64,000 bases of DNA from positions 32,001 through 96,000 of the forward strand of contig CAWHOE010000046.1 of assembly GCA_963830915.1 (NCBI GenBank), written 5' to 3'. The DNA comes from a candidate division FCPU426 bacterium. Lineage in GTDB: Bacteria > Oederibacteriota > Muellerivitia > Muellerivitales > Muellerivitaceae. Made by a program: the position numbers and the translations under genes. Below the pieces are notes generated by a model. That model was not told the DNA's origin and searched no databases. It saw only the letters and a list, made by a program, of their open reading frames with translations. Positions 1 through 10,763 of this stretch are shown piece by piece. Positions within the stretch are counted from its first letter, which is position 1. The number at the start of each line of letters is the position of its first letter.

Positions 1-1276
1 TCAAAAGGTCCGCCGTACCCATGGTCTGGCTCAATTGCACGGTTACAGCCCCGGAAGCGGTCAAATCCTTGTTCAGTACAAAAACCTTCGTGTCACAGCC
101 GGCGCAAGAAGTGGTGGCGTAGGCAGTCACATTGGAACCGGTGGTGACAGAGGCGGATACCAGGGTTTCTCCCTGAGCCTGAGCGAATAACAACATGCCG
201 TAATAGATCGCCTGGGCTTGGGTATTGGTGATGGAATGGGCCCAGACCGGATTGTAAGCGGTCGAACCCGAACTACAGTGGATGTTCACGCCCACGGCTC
301 CCACTTGGGCCAGAACGAACATGGAATCCACACCCCAGAGGGCCGAGGCGAAAGTATCGCTCACCCCCGTCTTTCCCCCGCCCGAGACTGAGTTCATCTC
401 GCCCACCCGGTAGGACAATCCTCTTCCGGCGGCCTGGCTGACGTAACCCGCGTAACTGCTTCTCAAGTTGGATGTTATGCCTGGCGACAGGAGCTGGGAG
501 ACGGAAGCGGTTCCTGAATTACCCCCGCCGATAGGATAGTGATGCTCGGTGATGAGCGCCAAACCATTGGGCGCCTGGGCGTTCACGTCATCGATGAAGG
601 TCCCATCCTCGCCCCTCCAACTACAGCAATAAGCCGGAGCAACCATGGCGTAGTTCTTCAGCTCAGAGACCGCCCTAAAAGCGGTGATGTACTGGGCGAC
701 ATCGGCCGCGTTCTGAGCCACGGTATAACCGGTCTTGTCCCCGTTGGAGTTGTAATAATCGGACTCATTGCCTATCTCGAAACCTAGGAGTTTGGCCCCC
801 GGTATGGAAAGCCCGTCAGGGATGATCCCCTGTTCCACATAGTCGGTGGCGTTACCCGGATCGTCCGATAACAGGTTCAAACCCACCAGAACGCTGAAAC
901 CGGTCTGGGCTGATCCATTGAAAATACCATTGATCCAACTGACGGGTATCTGCTGAGTACACAAGGTCACGCCCGAATCCCAGCAGGAACGGTCCTGGCT
1001 GTTGCCCCCGATCCGGAATACCCCGTTTTTCAGGTTCCGGGCCAGTTGAAAGAAGATATTGTTCGGGGCCGAGCTGGTGCCGAAAAAATTCGGGATGGTG
1101 CCGCCGCCATATTCGATGCTGAAACCCAAAAAATTAGAGGGGATGGGATTTTGGAGCGTCGCGTTGTTCACGGTGACCGTGGCCAAACCGGCGTGGACGC
1201 TCTGGGCAAACAAGAACAATACAAAAACCGATAACAGGCTTTGATAAACTCTTTTCAGAGAGTTCATTCGAGTCAT
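1..1276 (-). CDS. Secreted glycoside hydrolase family 79 (beta-glucuronidase/heparanase-like); 3' end runs off the window
   Basis: Not in the ORF track because there is no stop in the window. Manual translation: MTRMNSLKRVYQSLLSVFVLFLFAQSVHA signal peptide, then FLGFSIE, FRIGGNSQD, FEIGNES (acid/base), RVGEMNS (nucleophile), GVSDTFASALWGVD, YYGMLLF. GAGG RBS upstream. Confidence 0.85.
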   Translation of the reverse strand, partial: MTRMNSLKRVYQSLLSVFVLFLFAQSVHAGLATVTVNNATLQNPIPSNFLGFSIEYGGGTIPNFFGTSSAPNNIFFQLARNLKNGVFRIGGNSQDRSCWDSGVTLCTQQIPVSWINGIFNGSAQTGFSVLVGLNLLSDDPGNATDYVEQGIIPDGLSIPGAKLLGFEIGNESDYYNSNGDKTGYTVAQNAADVAQYITAFRAVSELKNYAMVAPAYCCSWRGEDGTFIDDVNAQAPNGLALITEHHYPIGGGNSGTASVSQLLSPGITSNLRSSYAGYVSQAAGRGLSYRVGEMNSVSGGGKTGVSDTFASALWGVDSMFVLAQVGAVGVNIHCSSGSTAYNPVWAHSITNTQAQAIYYGMLLFAQAQGETLVSASVTTGSNVTAYATTSCAGCDTKVFVLNKDLTASGAVTVQLSQTMGTADLL

Positions 1277-1356
1277 TCCAACATCCTCACTACGTTTTTA
1301 GTTTCGCCCATTGGGCAGGGTCTGAACTTCAATTCAAACGCCTTGCGGCCATAAAT

Positions 1357-1370
1357 TTAAAACGTTTTAA
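1357..1370. promoter_or_regulatory. Perfect palindrome TTAAAACGTTTTAA, LacI-family-like operator candidate
   Basis: 14-bp perfect inverted repeat with central CG in the AT-rich region upstream of the GH79 gene. Confidence 0.4.
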
Positions 1371-1492
1371 TAATTATTGAAATTTTATCGGTTATTTTTT
1401 TTAAATACAGGGCAGGAAGAAAGGCAATGTTCCGTTTCTTATTTAATGATGTTCGCTTTTTAGAAAATCAGGCGGCAGGAAAACTTGTATTT

Positions 1493-3344
1493 TTAACGCC
1501 GGAAGGTCGTTTTGGCCCTTTGCTCTTCCCTGTATTTGGAAGGGGTCAAGCCTGTTTCCTTACGAAAAATTTGGATGAAGGTCGAAACGGACTTGAACCC
1601 GACCTCCTGGGCGACCCGGGCGATGGGCATGGCCCCCGTTTCCAGAAGGGTCTTGGCTTTCTTGACCCGCAATGACCTGACATAACCGGGGAAACTCAAC
1701 CCGGTCATCTCTCGGATCTTCTTCCCAAAGACGATGGGGTGGAGCCCGGCCATCCCGGCCACCTGGCCCACCGGGATCCTTAGGTGAAAATGCTCTTCCA
1801 GGTACTTCTTGGCTTTATCCATCCCGATCCCGCCCTCGACCAACCTGGGTTTGGAGATATAAAGGATCAATTGGGCCAGCTGTTCCCGGAATACCAACAG
1901 GGCGTCCTGGGCCGTGACGGCCTTCTCCAATTCCATCTCGCCCGCTTTCTGGAAATCCCTGCGGTCCTCCGAATGGGCCCGAAGGTTCCGACCGCAAACC
2001 TCCCAGAGATGGGCCAGGGCATAGCGGAAATGCGTCTGGATCAGGTGGGGGTACCTGGGTCCTTTGGCGCAGGACCGACTCGACGTATCGGTCCCGGAAG
2101 GAATCGATGTTCTTTTGCGGGTCTCGGCTAATAGAGTCGGTCAATTCCATGAGCCTTTGGGTGATACTTTCCGTGGCTGTGTTGGCGCTTCCCCCTCTCG
2201 GCTCGGAGGAGTAAAAAATGACCCTGTTCGTCTCAAAATCCCCCAGATGGATGGCCAATAAGGCCTGGCGGTAGGACTCGTGCAGTAGTTTTCCCGGTGC
2301 GACCATTTGCCCCACGCCGACCTGAACCGGGCCCCTCATTTCCGTCTGGGCGAAGGTTTGTATTTTCTTGGCCAGGTCCTTCACCCATTGGTTCTTTTGG
2401 GACCGTGCCAGGTTCGCCGGGGGCGAGGTGACGAAAACCAACCCGTAGTCCTCCAGTTTTCCCCCGTAGGTTTCGGGCAAGGTTCGGGCGAAGTGAAAGG
2501 CCTTGCGTTGGAGGCGGTAGACCTTGAGGGTTTCCATGAGCCAATCGGAGGCCTTCCAGGTGGTTTGCTGTGGCGTGACCGCGATGACCGTGGTCGGCAC
2601 CCGGCTTAGACCGATCTCCTGGTGTATCCAGGGCCACTCCTCGATGTGTTTACCCCAGGCCGGGATGGATTCCCGCGTCGGCAAACCCAGGGCCCAGTTC
2701 AGGAAATAACTGTGGGGCAGACGCGTGGAGAAAAGATCGATCAATAAGTGGCGTAATTTTGATTCGGAGCCCTCCAGTTCCGCCTCGCTGGACAAGGTTC
2801 GGGCGAAGGTTTCCAGCATTTCCTGATAGCCGGCCAACAAGGGCCCGTCCAGAACAGGAACATCCAGCAGGACCCTCACGAACTGTTGGAATTCATGGAA
2901 AGGCAGAAGGTCCTTGCGGCCGGTCAAGGTCCGCCAACAATGGGTGACCCCTTCCAGGGTCAGCTCTCGCGGGGCGAAGGAGCCCGATTCCAGGTAACCC
3001 AGTATTTCCTTTCCCTTTTTTATTGGGATGAAAAAATCCTGAAAACCCAAATGACTCCCGCAAAGGGCCTCGCCTGATCTGGCCGCCTGTTGGAAGGAAT
3101 GGTCCATGTACCGGTTCCTTTCCTTGAGCTTGCCGTACTGGACTTCCAACTCATATAAGGAATCGGCCCTTTTCCTGCGGTTCAAGCTCCACCAACCGCC
3201 CGGCAGGGACCGGTTGACGAAAAAGGTGTTCAGGTCGACGTAGTAATGGATGAGGGTATGGACCGGCTGGAAATTCCGGAAAGCCTGGATGACGATGGGC
3301 GACCGGGGTGGTTGGGAGTCCCCTTTTTTCTTCGCGGGCGGCAT
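1493..3344 (-). CDS. PocR-sensor / CdaR-like / AraC HTH transcriptional regulator, split by one frameshift near 2046-2065
   Basis: ORFs 1815-3377 and 1493-1936 join into one protein collinear with the intact paralog at 19366-21174. PocR-like HLGFQDFFIPI..LGYLESG and AraC C-terminus VAQEVGF..FIQIFRKETGLTPSKYR. Confidence 0.8.
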
Positions 3345-3416
3345 GAAAACCTCAGGATGAAAAGGTTCTTCGTCCAAGACCCGCCTAGCTTAACACAAAA
3401 ACCGGGGCTTATTTCG

Positions 3417-6400
3417 TTACCGCAAAACGAGCAGTTTCCCTTTGGCCCTAGCTTGCGGGGTTTCAACCACCAGGTAATAAAGACCGTTCGCCAGATCCCT
3501 TCCCCACCTGTCCGAAACAGCAAGAAGAAAGTCGTTTGGTCCCGCCGGGACAATTCGGAAAGTCTCTTCCTGCACCATTCGGAAACCCGTGGTGTAAAGC
3601 TTGAGCGTGAGCCAGGATTGGGGAGCCCGAAGGACAACCCTAACCTGAATCGGGCCTGGTCCCGTCACGGGGTTGGGATAGGGGATGGGAGTGGAGAGGG
3701 CCATCCCTTCGGTCGCGGTGATGGTGGGACTGTTGGTGCGCGTCATCGTGGCCGTCCATGTCAGGGTTTGGGTGGTCGTCGGGGTCGGGGTGGATGTTTT
3801 AGTATCCGTCCCAGTGGGGGTGAAGGTAGGTGTGGAAGACCCGGTCGATGTGGCTGTCGGCAGCTGCGTCACGGAATCCGTTTCTGTCGCGGTATCGGTG
3901 GACGTGGATGTCATCGTTTGGGTCTTGGTAGGTGTGGCACTGGGTGTCCCAGTTGGCGTTAATGAAGAAGTCGTTGTCAGGGAGGCCGTCCCGGTCCATG
4001 TCGATGTGGGACTAAGGGTCCGGGACGCTGTCGCCGTCCAACTCGATGTGGGGCTAAGGGTCCGGGACGCTGTCGCCGTCCAACTCGATGTCGGGGTGAA
4101 AGTAAGCGTGTTGGTGGGGGTCGCACTAGGCGTAAAAGTCCCAGTGAAAACCGAGGTTTCAGTAGCCGTGAAAACGTGAGTGGCGGTCGCCGTGGGCGAA
4201 ACTGTTTGAGCCGGGGTGAATGTACCTGTCATTGTATCGGTCATGGTGGGGGTAGCGGTTTTCGAATCCGTAGGCGTCCCCGTCGCCGTTACAGTTGAAG
4301 TCTCAGTCGATGTCAAAGATGCCGTGGATGTGGCCAAAACAGTGCTGGTGGAAGTTGGGGTACTGGTTCGAGAAAAGGTCGAGGTAGCCGTTGAGGTTGA
4401 GCTTGGCGTCGGGGTACCTGTGGGTGTGGATGTCCTCGTATAAGTCTTAGTGGGTGTGGCGCTTGACGTAGAGGATGCCGTGGCAGTGGCTGTTTCCGTC
4501 AAAGTGGCCGTAGGTGTGAAGGTACGGGTAGCGGTCTTGGTCGGGGTGCCGGTAAAGGTTGCCGTGGGCGCGCTGACGGCCAGAGGATAGGGGAAAGCTC
4601 CCACGGTCACGGTCGCTCCCGCGCTCCAGGGGGGAGCTCCATATTCGAATGCCCCCACATCTGGCGCGGAACCCACGTAACCATCGGTGATACCAGGGAT
4701 CACCATTCCCTGGTCGATTGCCCCAGACCCTGCTGACAGCATGTAACCCCATCCCTGGGTCGAGACAAAGGAGACCGGGGTATAGGTTCCGTTGTTGTTA
4801 AAGGTGGCAGTCGTGCTGTATTTAAAAGCCGCTTTCAAACCTCCCGATCCAACGACCGCCAAATTATTGATGATGCTAGTGCCAGCCTGGGACTGCGCCC
4901 AACTACTGTTACCGTTTCCATTGGTTGCGTAGGCGCAACTGGCGATCGTGTTGTTGTAAACCCCATTGTTGTAGGAAGGGTAATTGAGAACGATACCGGT
5001 GCGATAGCAATTCGCCACCACATTGTGATGAACAAGATAATTGGAGGTATTGTTGTCCAGGTAGATCCCATCACCCAAAGTGGGCCAGACGTCATGAACG
5101 TAGTTGTAAGAAATTTCCAACCCTCCCCCATTGGCAGAAAAAGCGTAGGTCGCGCCCACATCATTAGTGACCAGGCCCGCGTTGTACATTTCGTTGTGCC
5201 GAATGAAGGCTCCGGTCGTATGATCATGCCAAATACAATAACGACCGCTATCGAAAAGGGTGTTGTACTCGAAGATATGGCCTGACCCCTCGCTTTGGAT
5301 GGCTCCCTTGTAGGTGGCGATGTAATCAATTTCCGAGATACTCATGTCCCCGACGTAATGACCGGTCCCGCTGATCGCCAACCCGTTGCCCGCGCTATAT
5401 TGGATGGACCCATGGATCCAGGTGCAACCGCTTCCCCCGGAAATACCGTTCTGGTCGGCTTCTCCGCCGTAACCGCTGATCTCGGTGTAATGCTGTACGT
5501 ATTTTTGCTGGACATGGTCCACCACACACCCGTTGCAATTGGTGAAGAATATCCCTCCGCCGAACGTGAACAGGCTCTGGATCTGGATATAGGATTGCCC
5601 GTTATCATCCACCACTCTTTTCCGAGTGGCGATTTCCACTAGGTGTGAGGCTGGGTTGTCCCCCTTAGGCGTCCAGAGATAGATCTTCCCCGTCGTCGGG
5701 TCCTGGAACCATTCACTAGCCGAGTCAAGGAGGGAAAGTGATCCATAAAGGAAATATAAGTTTCCGGTGGTGGGTTGATAGGAAGAACTTGAACCGATCG
5801 CGCTGGTGAACTCGAAACTTCCTCCCCCATAATTGGTCACACCGCTTGTGTAACTGACCCAAGAAAGTCCCGGGATAATGTGAACCCGCGCTCCATTCAG
5901 GTTTGAGGAGGGAAGATTCGGATCCACCACTTGAGTGGCGGTGGTGCCCGTCCCACAGGTCGCGAAATTGGAGAAATAACTGTCGACCGAGGCGTTGGGC
6001 CAGCGGGCTCCCTGCATCATGGTTCCGTCCACGAAAACAGCCCAGGTCGAGACCGCGCCGCTTAATTGGTAAATGCTGCCCTGATAAACGGACCAGGTTT
6101 GAGTGACAGGATCGGACGCGCAAAGAACCGCTTGTTCCCCCGGATATCCAGAGAACACAATGGGTGAGCCAGATGTCCCACTGCGGATGGGGGTCAAAGT
6201 TTCCCGATAAGCTCCCTGCCTGAGATAGACCGTGTCCCCTGGTTGAGCGGCGGTCACGGCTCTAGCGATGGTTTGAAAGGGACTGGCGATGGAACCCGAA
6301 TTGGTATCGGAACCAGAAGGAGAGACATAGTAATTGGCACTGAAAGCGTTATCAGTGACTACCAAGGAAAAGAAGGCAAAAAGAATCAGAACAACTATCG

Positions 6401-6473
6401 ACGGAGGAAGGAAACGAGAAACGTTTTTATTCGGACAGTTTAAAAAAAGATTCGTCGGGGTTGGAGGGTTCAT
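3417..6473 (-). CDS. Secreted right-handed beta-helix (pectin-lyase-fold) protein with long Thr-rich linker and T9SS-like C-terminal domain
   Basis: Signal peptide; YYVSPSGSDTNSGSIASPFQTI start motif; GIYLDNN beta-helix repeats; GSAPDVGAFE; about 290-aa T-x linker; C-terminus PYPNP...LANGLYY...KLLVLR. Confidence 0.85.
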   Translation of the reverse strand: MNPPTPTNLFLNCPNKNVSRFLPPSIVVLILFAFFSLVVTDNAFSANYYVSPSGSDTNSGSIASPFQTIARAVTAAQPGDTVYLRQGAYRETLTPIRSGTSGSPIVFSGYPGEQAVLCASDPVTQTWSVYQGSIYQLSGAVSTWAVFVDGTMMQGARWPNASVDSYFSNFATCGTGTTATQVVDPNLPSSNLNGARVHIIPGLSWVSYTSGVTNYGGGSFEFTSAIGSSSSYQPTTGNLYFLYGSLSLLDSASEWFQDPTTGKIYLWTPKGDNPASHLVEIATRKRVVDDNGQSYIQIQSLFTFGGGIFFTNCNGCVVDHVQQKYVQHYTEISGYGGEADQNGISGGSGCTWIHGSIQYSAGNGLAISGTGHYVGDMSISEIDYIATYKGAIQSEGSGHIFEYNTLFDSGRYCIWHDHTTGAFIRHNEMYNAGLVTNDVGATYAFSANGGGLEISYNYVHDVWPTLGDGIYLDNNTSNYLVHHNVVANCYRTGIVLNYPSYNNGVYNNTIASCAYATNGNGNSSWAQSQAGTSIINNLAVVGSGGLKAAFKYSTTATFNNNGTYTPVSFVSTQGWGYMLSAGSGAIDQGMVIPGITDGYVGSAPDVGAFEYGAPPWSAGATVTVGAFPYPLAVSAPTATFTGTPTKTATRTFTPTATLTETATATASSTSSATPTKTYTRTSTPTGTPTPSSTSTATSTFSRTSTPTSTSTVLATSTASLTSTETSTVTATGTPTDSKTATPTMTDTMTGTFTPAQTVSPTATATHVFTATETSVFTGTFTPSATPTNTLTFTPTSSWTATASRTLSPTSSWTATASRTLSPTSTWTGTASLTTTSSLTPTGTPSATPTKTQTMTSTSTDTATETDSVTQLPTATSTGSSTPTFTPTGTDTKTSTPTPTTTQTLTWTATMTRTNSPTITATEGMALSTPIPYPNPVTGPGPIQVRVVLRAPQSWLTLKLYTTGFRMVQEETFRIVPAGPNDFLLAVSDRWGRDLANGLYYLVVETPQARAKGKLLVLR
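4001..4095 (-). repeat. 42-bp intragenic tandem repeat (PTSSWTATASRTLS), about 2 copies
   Basis: TCGATGTGGG.CTAAGGGTCCGGGACGCTGTCGCCGTCCAAC is repeated directly. Confidence 0.8.
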
Positions 6474-6607
6474 TTATTCCCCTCTCTGGATTTCTTGACC
6501 TCACCCGCCACATCAGCCATGACTTTTTTGATTTCTTCGTCAAGGAACGAGAAGATATCCAGGATCGCGCTTTCGTTTTCTTGAGAGGTTTTTGATTTCT
6601 CGTTCAC
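6470..6607 (-). CDS. Possible small (about 45 aa) helical protein coupled to the downstream gene
   Basis: GTG start after a purine-rich stretch; ATGA overlap with the start at 6473; no recognised motif. Confidence 0.3.
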   Translation of the reverse strand: MNEKSKTSQENESAILDIFSFLDEEIKKVMADVAGEVKKSREGNK

Positions 6608-6852
6608 AGCGACCCTTCCCCGGCGGTCACGCCCAAGGAGATCATCGGTCGTTCGTTCCGGACCGATGTTTTTTCCTATGGATAATCTATCCCGTCCACT
6701 CCCCACATTGAAGGGAAGTCGGCGGAAGAATGTTCTTTTTCTAATATTTCATTGTTTAATTATTTTTTGCAGGAGAAATGGAAGGTCTAAACTTTTACTA
6801 AATCGTTTTTTCCAAGTAGTTGGTGGTCATCCGGAATAAAACGCCGTTATTT

Positions 6853-9393
6853 TCAGCGCAGGATCAGCAGTTTCCCTTTTGTCCTAGCTTGTGGGGTTTC
6901 CACCATCAGGTAATAAAGCCCATTTGCCAAGGGTTTTCCAAACCTGTCGGTCAGATTTAAAGGGATATCGTTGGGGCCGATTGGGACATGCTGCAGGTCC
7001 ACCTCCAAGGCTTTGCGGAAGCCAAGGGTATAGACTTTGAGCTTCACCCAACTAGCCGGGTTTTCTAGGACGAAATGGATGGTGACCGTCGTCCCTGTTA
7101 CAGGGTTGGGATAGGGGATGGGGGTCGAGAATATCGCCGGTTCGGTCGCGGTCCAGGTCGGGCTAAAGGTATTGGTCGAAGTGGCCGTGAAAACAGGTGT
7201 ATCCGTAGGCGTTGGCGTGAACGAATTCGTTACGGTCGATGTGAAGGTCGGCGTAAAAGTATTTGTAACGGTGGGCGGGACAGGTGTATTCGTCAAGGTA
7301 TCGGTCAATGTACCGGTCCATGTTGAGGTCGAGGTATGGGTCTGGGTGGGGGTCAAGCTCGGCGATATGGGTGTATTGGAAGAAGTCGGAGTAGGGGGTA
7401 CGGGCGTGAGGGTCGAAGTGTTCGTCAAGGTGTAAGTGGACGTTTGGGACAGCGTCCAGGTTGGCGTCGCTGACAATGCCGAGGTGAATGTCCAGGTCGC
7501 TGTACCGATCGGATTGGTGAAGGTCGGCGTTGGCGGAACAGGTGTGAGGGTCCAAGCATTCGTCGAAGTGTAAGTAAACGTAGGCGCGATGGGTGTATTG
7601 GTTTTTGTGCTAGTCAATGCCGGCGTGGCGCTCGATGTCTCCGTGGATGACGGGGTCGAGGTGGCGGTCAAAGACAATGGGGTATTCGTCGCGCTTGGCG
7701 GTACAGGCGTAAAGGAAAAAGTCGGTGTAAAAGGCACGGGTGTACGTGTCGAAGTATTCGTTGAGGTACTTGTTGAAGTCGACGTTGCCGGAGGAGGTGT
7801 ATTGGTCCGGGTCGAGGTAAAAGTCAGGGTATTCGTTGGAGTGTTAGTTGATGTGGCGGTGTAGGTCGGTGTCAAAGTGGGTGTTTTTGAGAATGTGGAA
7901 GTAAAGGTCCATGTTCCGGTGGCCGTCCTGGTCGCCGTCGAGGAGAACGTCGGCGTGTTCGTGGGGACGAAAACCGTGGGTGTGGCGGTTGGAGGGGACG
8001 GCATGGGTACGATCTGGATGGCGTCCACCATCGCGTTATCCACGCTGGCCGGGCCAAACTGGATCGTGATGGCCCCGCCCGAAGGCGCGATATTGTTGAA
8101 AACCTCATCTAGGGCCAGGTTTGGCCCTCCAGCCGTTTTGTATATGTCGAAATTGGTCAGGACCGTGTTCCCATTGATGGAAACATTGAAAACCCTGTCC
8201 CCAGCCCCGGTCCAATAGGTCTCCGCGAACTTAAGGGTCACCTGATAAGACCCCGCCGGAACGTTGAAGACATAGGTGAATGGGCTCCCCCACCGTTGGC
8301 TCTGATAAAGGGCTTGGTCGCCCGCTCCCGGCAAGGCTCCCGTAATGGCGTTGGTCGTTACCGCCGCCGTCCCGCCTAAATAGTTCTCATCGGCGCTCCA
8401 AACATTGCCTTGGCTGTCGGTGTACTGCGGCCCGCCCGCGTTCACCCTCCAGGTGGAGGAAACAACCGGGGTGGGGGTGGGGGTCAAGGTCCCTGACGGT
8501 TGTTGATAAACCCGGACATAGTCCACCAGCATGGTCTGGGGAAAAGAAGTGCTGGCGTCCGGCGATCCAGGCCAACTTCCCCCTACCGCCATATTCAGCA
8601 GAAAAAAGAAGGGACTGTTGAACTCATAAGTGCCGCCGGCAGCGGCGGCCCCGGCCGCGGTCTGGGTCTCAAAAAGAACTCCATCCACGTAAAACTGCAC
8701 CTGATTCTGCTGCCAAAGAAGACCGAACGTATGGTAGCCGTTGTGATAAGGCGCTCCCCCGGGCAGGGTGTAGGTCCCGGTCGGGTTCCAATTGGGAGCG
8801 TGAAGGGAGCCGTGGTTGACCGTCTGGTCCGAAGCGTTCCCGATATTCTCCATGATGTCCATCTCGCCACAGACAGGCCATCCGACCGAGCCTATATTAT
8901 TCCCCAACATCCAAAAGGCCGGCCAAATGCCGTCGCCATAGGGCATCTGGATGCGGGCTTCCATATATCCGTATTGGAAACTTTGGAGGCCAGAGGTCAA
9001 AAGACGGGCGGAGGTATACCGTCCCACCGCTCCGTAATTCGTACTGCCGGGCTGAGTATCGATGGCGATGAGGGCCAGAGCTTTACCATCCGTGGCGTTG
9101 GGGTCGGCGACGACCTGGGAGTTGTTCGTGCTGGTCGTGTAGTTCTCTAATTCGTTGTTTCCCCACCCGCCGTCGCCCGTGTCGTAAGTCCAGTTGGAGG
9201 GGTTCGGGGCGCTTCCCACCGCTTCATTGAACTCGTCGCTCCAAACCAGGTTGTATCCGGCGGGAGGCATGGCCCAGGCCGCAGAGGCTGTATATAGGAG
9301 GGAGATCAAGGCCACAAATGCGCTCATGGGCGCTGACAACAATAAAGACCACCCTTTTGGATCCATCCCAATTTTCCTAATGGCGTTCTTCAT
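6853..9393 (-). CDS. Secreted GH16 (laminarinase-like) + malectin domain + Thr-rich linker + T9SS-like C-terminal domain
   Basis: LVWSDEF, WPAFWMLG, catalytic EMDIME, DYVRVYQ; malectin WRVNAGG..LYQSQR..FAETY..RVFNV; C-terminus PYPNP...LANGLYY...KLLILR. Confidence 0.92.
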   Translation of the reverse strand: MKNAIRKIGMDPKGWSLLLSAPMSAFVALISLLYTASAAWAMPPAGYNLVWSDEFNEAVGSAPNPSNWTYDTGDGGWGNNELENYTTSTNNSQVVADPNATDGKALALIAIDTQPGSTNYGAVGRYTSARLLTSGLQSFQYGYMEARIQMPYGDGIWPAFWMLGNNIGSVGWPVCGEMDIMENIGNASDQTVNHGSLHAPNWNPTGTYTLPGGAPYHNGYHTFGLLWQQNQVQFYVDGVLFETQTAAGAAAAGGTYEFNSPFFFLLNMAVGGSWPGSPDASTSFPQTMLVDYVRVYQQPSGTLTPTPTPVVSSTWRVNAGGPQYTDSQGNVWSADENYLGGTAAVTTNAITGALPGAGDQALYQSQRWGSPFTYVFNVPAGSYQVTLKFAETYWTGAGDRVFNVSINGNTVLTNFDIYKTAGGPNLALDEVFNNIAPSGGAITIQFGPASVDNAMVDAIQIVPMPSPPTATPTVFVPTNTPTFSSTATRTATGTWTFTSTFSKTPTLTPTYTATSTNTPTNTLTFTSTRTNTPPPATSTSTSTSTNTSTRTPVPFTPTFSFTPVPPSATNTPLSLTATSTPSSTETSSATPALTSTKTNTPIAPTFTYTSTNAWTLTPVPPTPTFTNPIGTATWTFTSALSATPTWTLSQTSTYTLTNTSTLTPVPPTPTSSNTPISPSLTPTQTHTSTSTWTGTLTDTLTNTPVPPTVTNTFTPTFTSTVTNSFTPTPTDTPVFTATSTNTFSPTWTATEPAIFSTPIPYPNPVTGTTVTIHFVLENPASWVKLKVYTLGFRKALEVDLQHVPIGPNDIPLNLTDRFGKPLANGLYYLMVETPQARTKGKLLILR

Positions 9394-9543
9394 GCTTTCT
9401 CCGCTAAAAATGATTCAAGGCCAACCGTCAAGCGGCCCTATCTTGTTATGTTTTAGAGTTTACTCCGCCGGTTCAAATACACCATGTACAGGAATGACCA
9501 ATGGATGGAAGATTTTGACAGGATTCAAAAAAACGGTTTAACG

Positions 9544-10434
9544 TTAGGAACGTGGATCTTTGTGGGGCTTGTGGTAGGGACTGTTATAGAGGGTCTGAAC
9601 GATCGGGTTCTTTTGGGTGATCCACTCGTTCAATTTGGACACCTTGAAATCCTTGGGCGACAGGCCATAGACCTTCTTGAAACTTTTGGAAAGATGGAAA
9701 GCGTCGTAGAAACCGGTGGAAGCGGCGATCTGCTTGAGGTTTTGATTGCTCCGCCTCAGCAGATTGGCGGCCCGATCCAACCGGACCAACTTGGCGTATT
9801 CCAGCGGGCCCAGATGGAGGGACTTCTGGAAAAGCCGGCACAGGTTCTCGGGGGAGGAATGGACCACCCTGGCCAACTCCGTCAGGCTTAGGTGTTCGGG
9901 CGGGTCCAGGGACGTCTTGCGGGTGATGACCTCCACTGAGCGCTGGACCAATTCAGGCAATTGGGACGCCAGTTGGGGTTTCACCCCGACCTGTCCGGTT
10001 ATATAACTTCTCAACATTAATTCCAGGGTCGGGACCATCAACTCGGTCCGCCGGGGCTCCTTCTGGGTATCCAGTTTCAGCAGATAGTTGAACAGGGGAC
10101 GCAGTACATCGTTGCTCGTCATGGTCCTGGAAGCGGGCACACCTTTTCGGGGTATGGAAAAACCGCCCCTCGCCGGGACCTGGAACTGCACATAGGCGTG
10201 GACCGTCCGGCTCTTGGTCGACCATTCGTAGTAGTCCCGGACCCCCGGCCGCCGGAAAAGGATGGCGCCTTCCTTCCCATAGACCACCGCCTGGCCGAAG
10301 GCCGCCTTCACTTCCCCTTCCATGATCCAGATGAGCTCATAGTTGTCGGATAACCTCGGGCCATAAGTGGCGCCGATCGGGTCGGCGGTGACACCGGTGA
10401 CCACGACCCAGAGGGATGAGAGGGATTTTTTCAA
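9544..10434 (-). CDS. AraC-family regulator with cupin-type N-terminal domain
   Basis: YELIWIMEG N-terminal motif; C-terminal IAASTGFYDAFHLSKSFKKVYGLSPKDF. Confidence 0.9.
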   Translation of the reverse strand: MKKSLSSLWVVVTGVTADPIGATYGPRLSDNYELIWIMEGEVKAAFGQAVVYGKEGAILFRRPGVRDYYEWSTKSRTVHAYVQFQVPARGGFSIPRKGVPASRTMTSNDVLRPLFNYLLKLDTQKEPRRTELMVPTLELMLRSYITGQVGVKPQLASQLPELVQRSVEVITRKTSLDPPEHLSLTELARVVHSSPENLCRLFQKSLHLGPLEYAKLVRLDRAANLLRRSNQNLKQIAASTGFYDAFHLSKSFKKVYGLSPKDFKVSKLNEWITQKNPIVQTLYNSPYHKPHKDPRS

Positions 10435-10528
10435 AACGGCTCCTTCAAGAGGATACCTTTATAATCCCTCGAAACCGCCCTCAAAACAACTTTCAAAATT
10501 CCCTTACCTCAATGCTTGATCATCACTT

Positions 10529-10738
10529 TCAGGACCTTTCGTCCTTATCCAACCTCTTCATTTTTTCGGTGTATTGGAGGTACAGGCTATCCAACTGGGC
10601 GTCGGTGAGTTTTTCATCTTCAGAACCGTTAAGTTTTGACCATTTCTCGAACTTTTCAAGTTCTTCGGCGACATCGTTCAATTCACGCCGGGTTTTGGCG
10701 TTATAAATGGCGCCACGCCAGAACGGAAAATCCCTCAA
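10529..10738 (-). CDS. Hypothetical small protein
   Basis: 69-aa charged helical ORF co-oriented with 10764-11060; no motif recognised. Confidence 0.3.
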   Translation of the reverse strand: MRDFPFWRGAIYNAKTRRELNDVAEELEKFEKWSKLNGSEDEKLTDAQLDSLYLQYTEKMKRLDKDERS

Positions 10739-10763
10739 GACCGCATCTTCCCTTTTTCCACGA

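Noticed and set aside
539..1244. Short plus-strand ORFs at the window start
   Set aside because: They are antisense to the GH79 reading frame.
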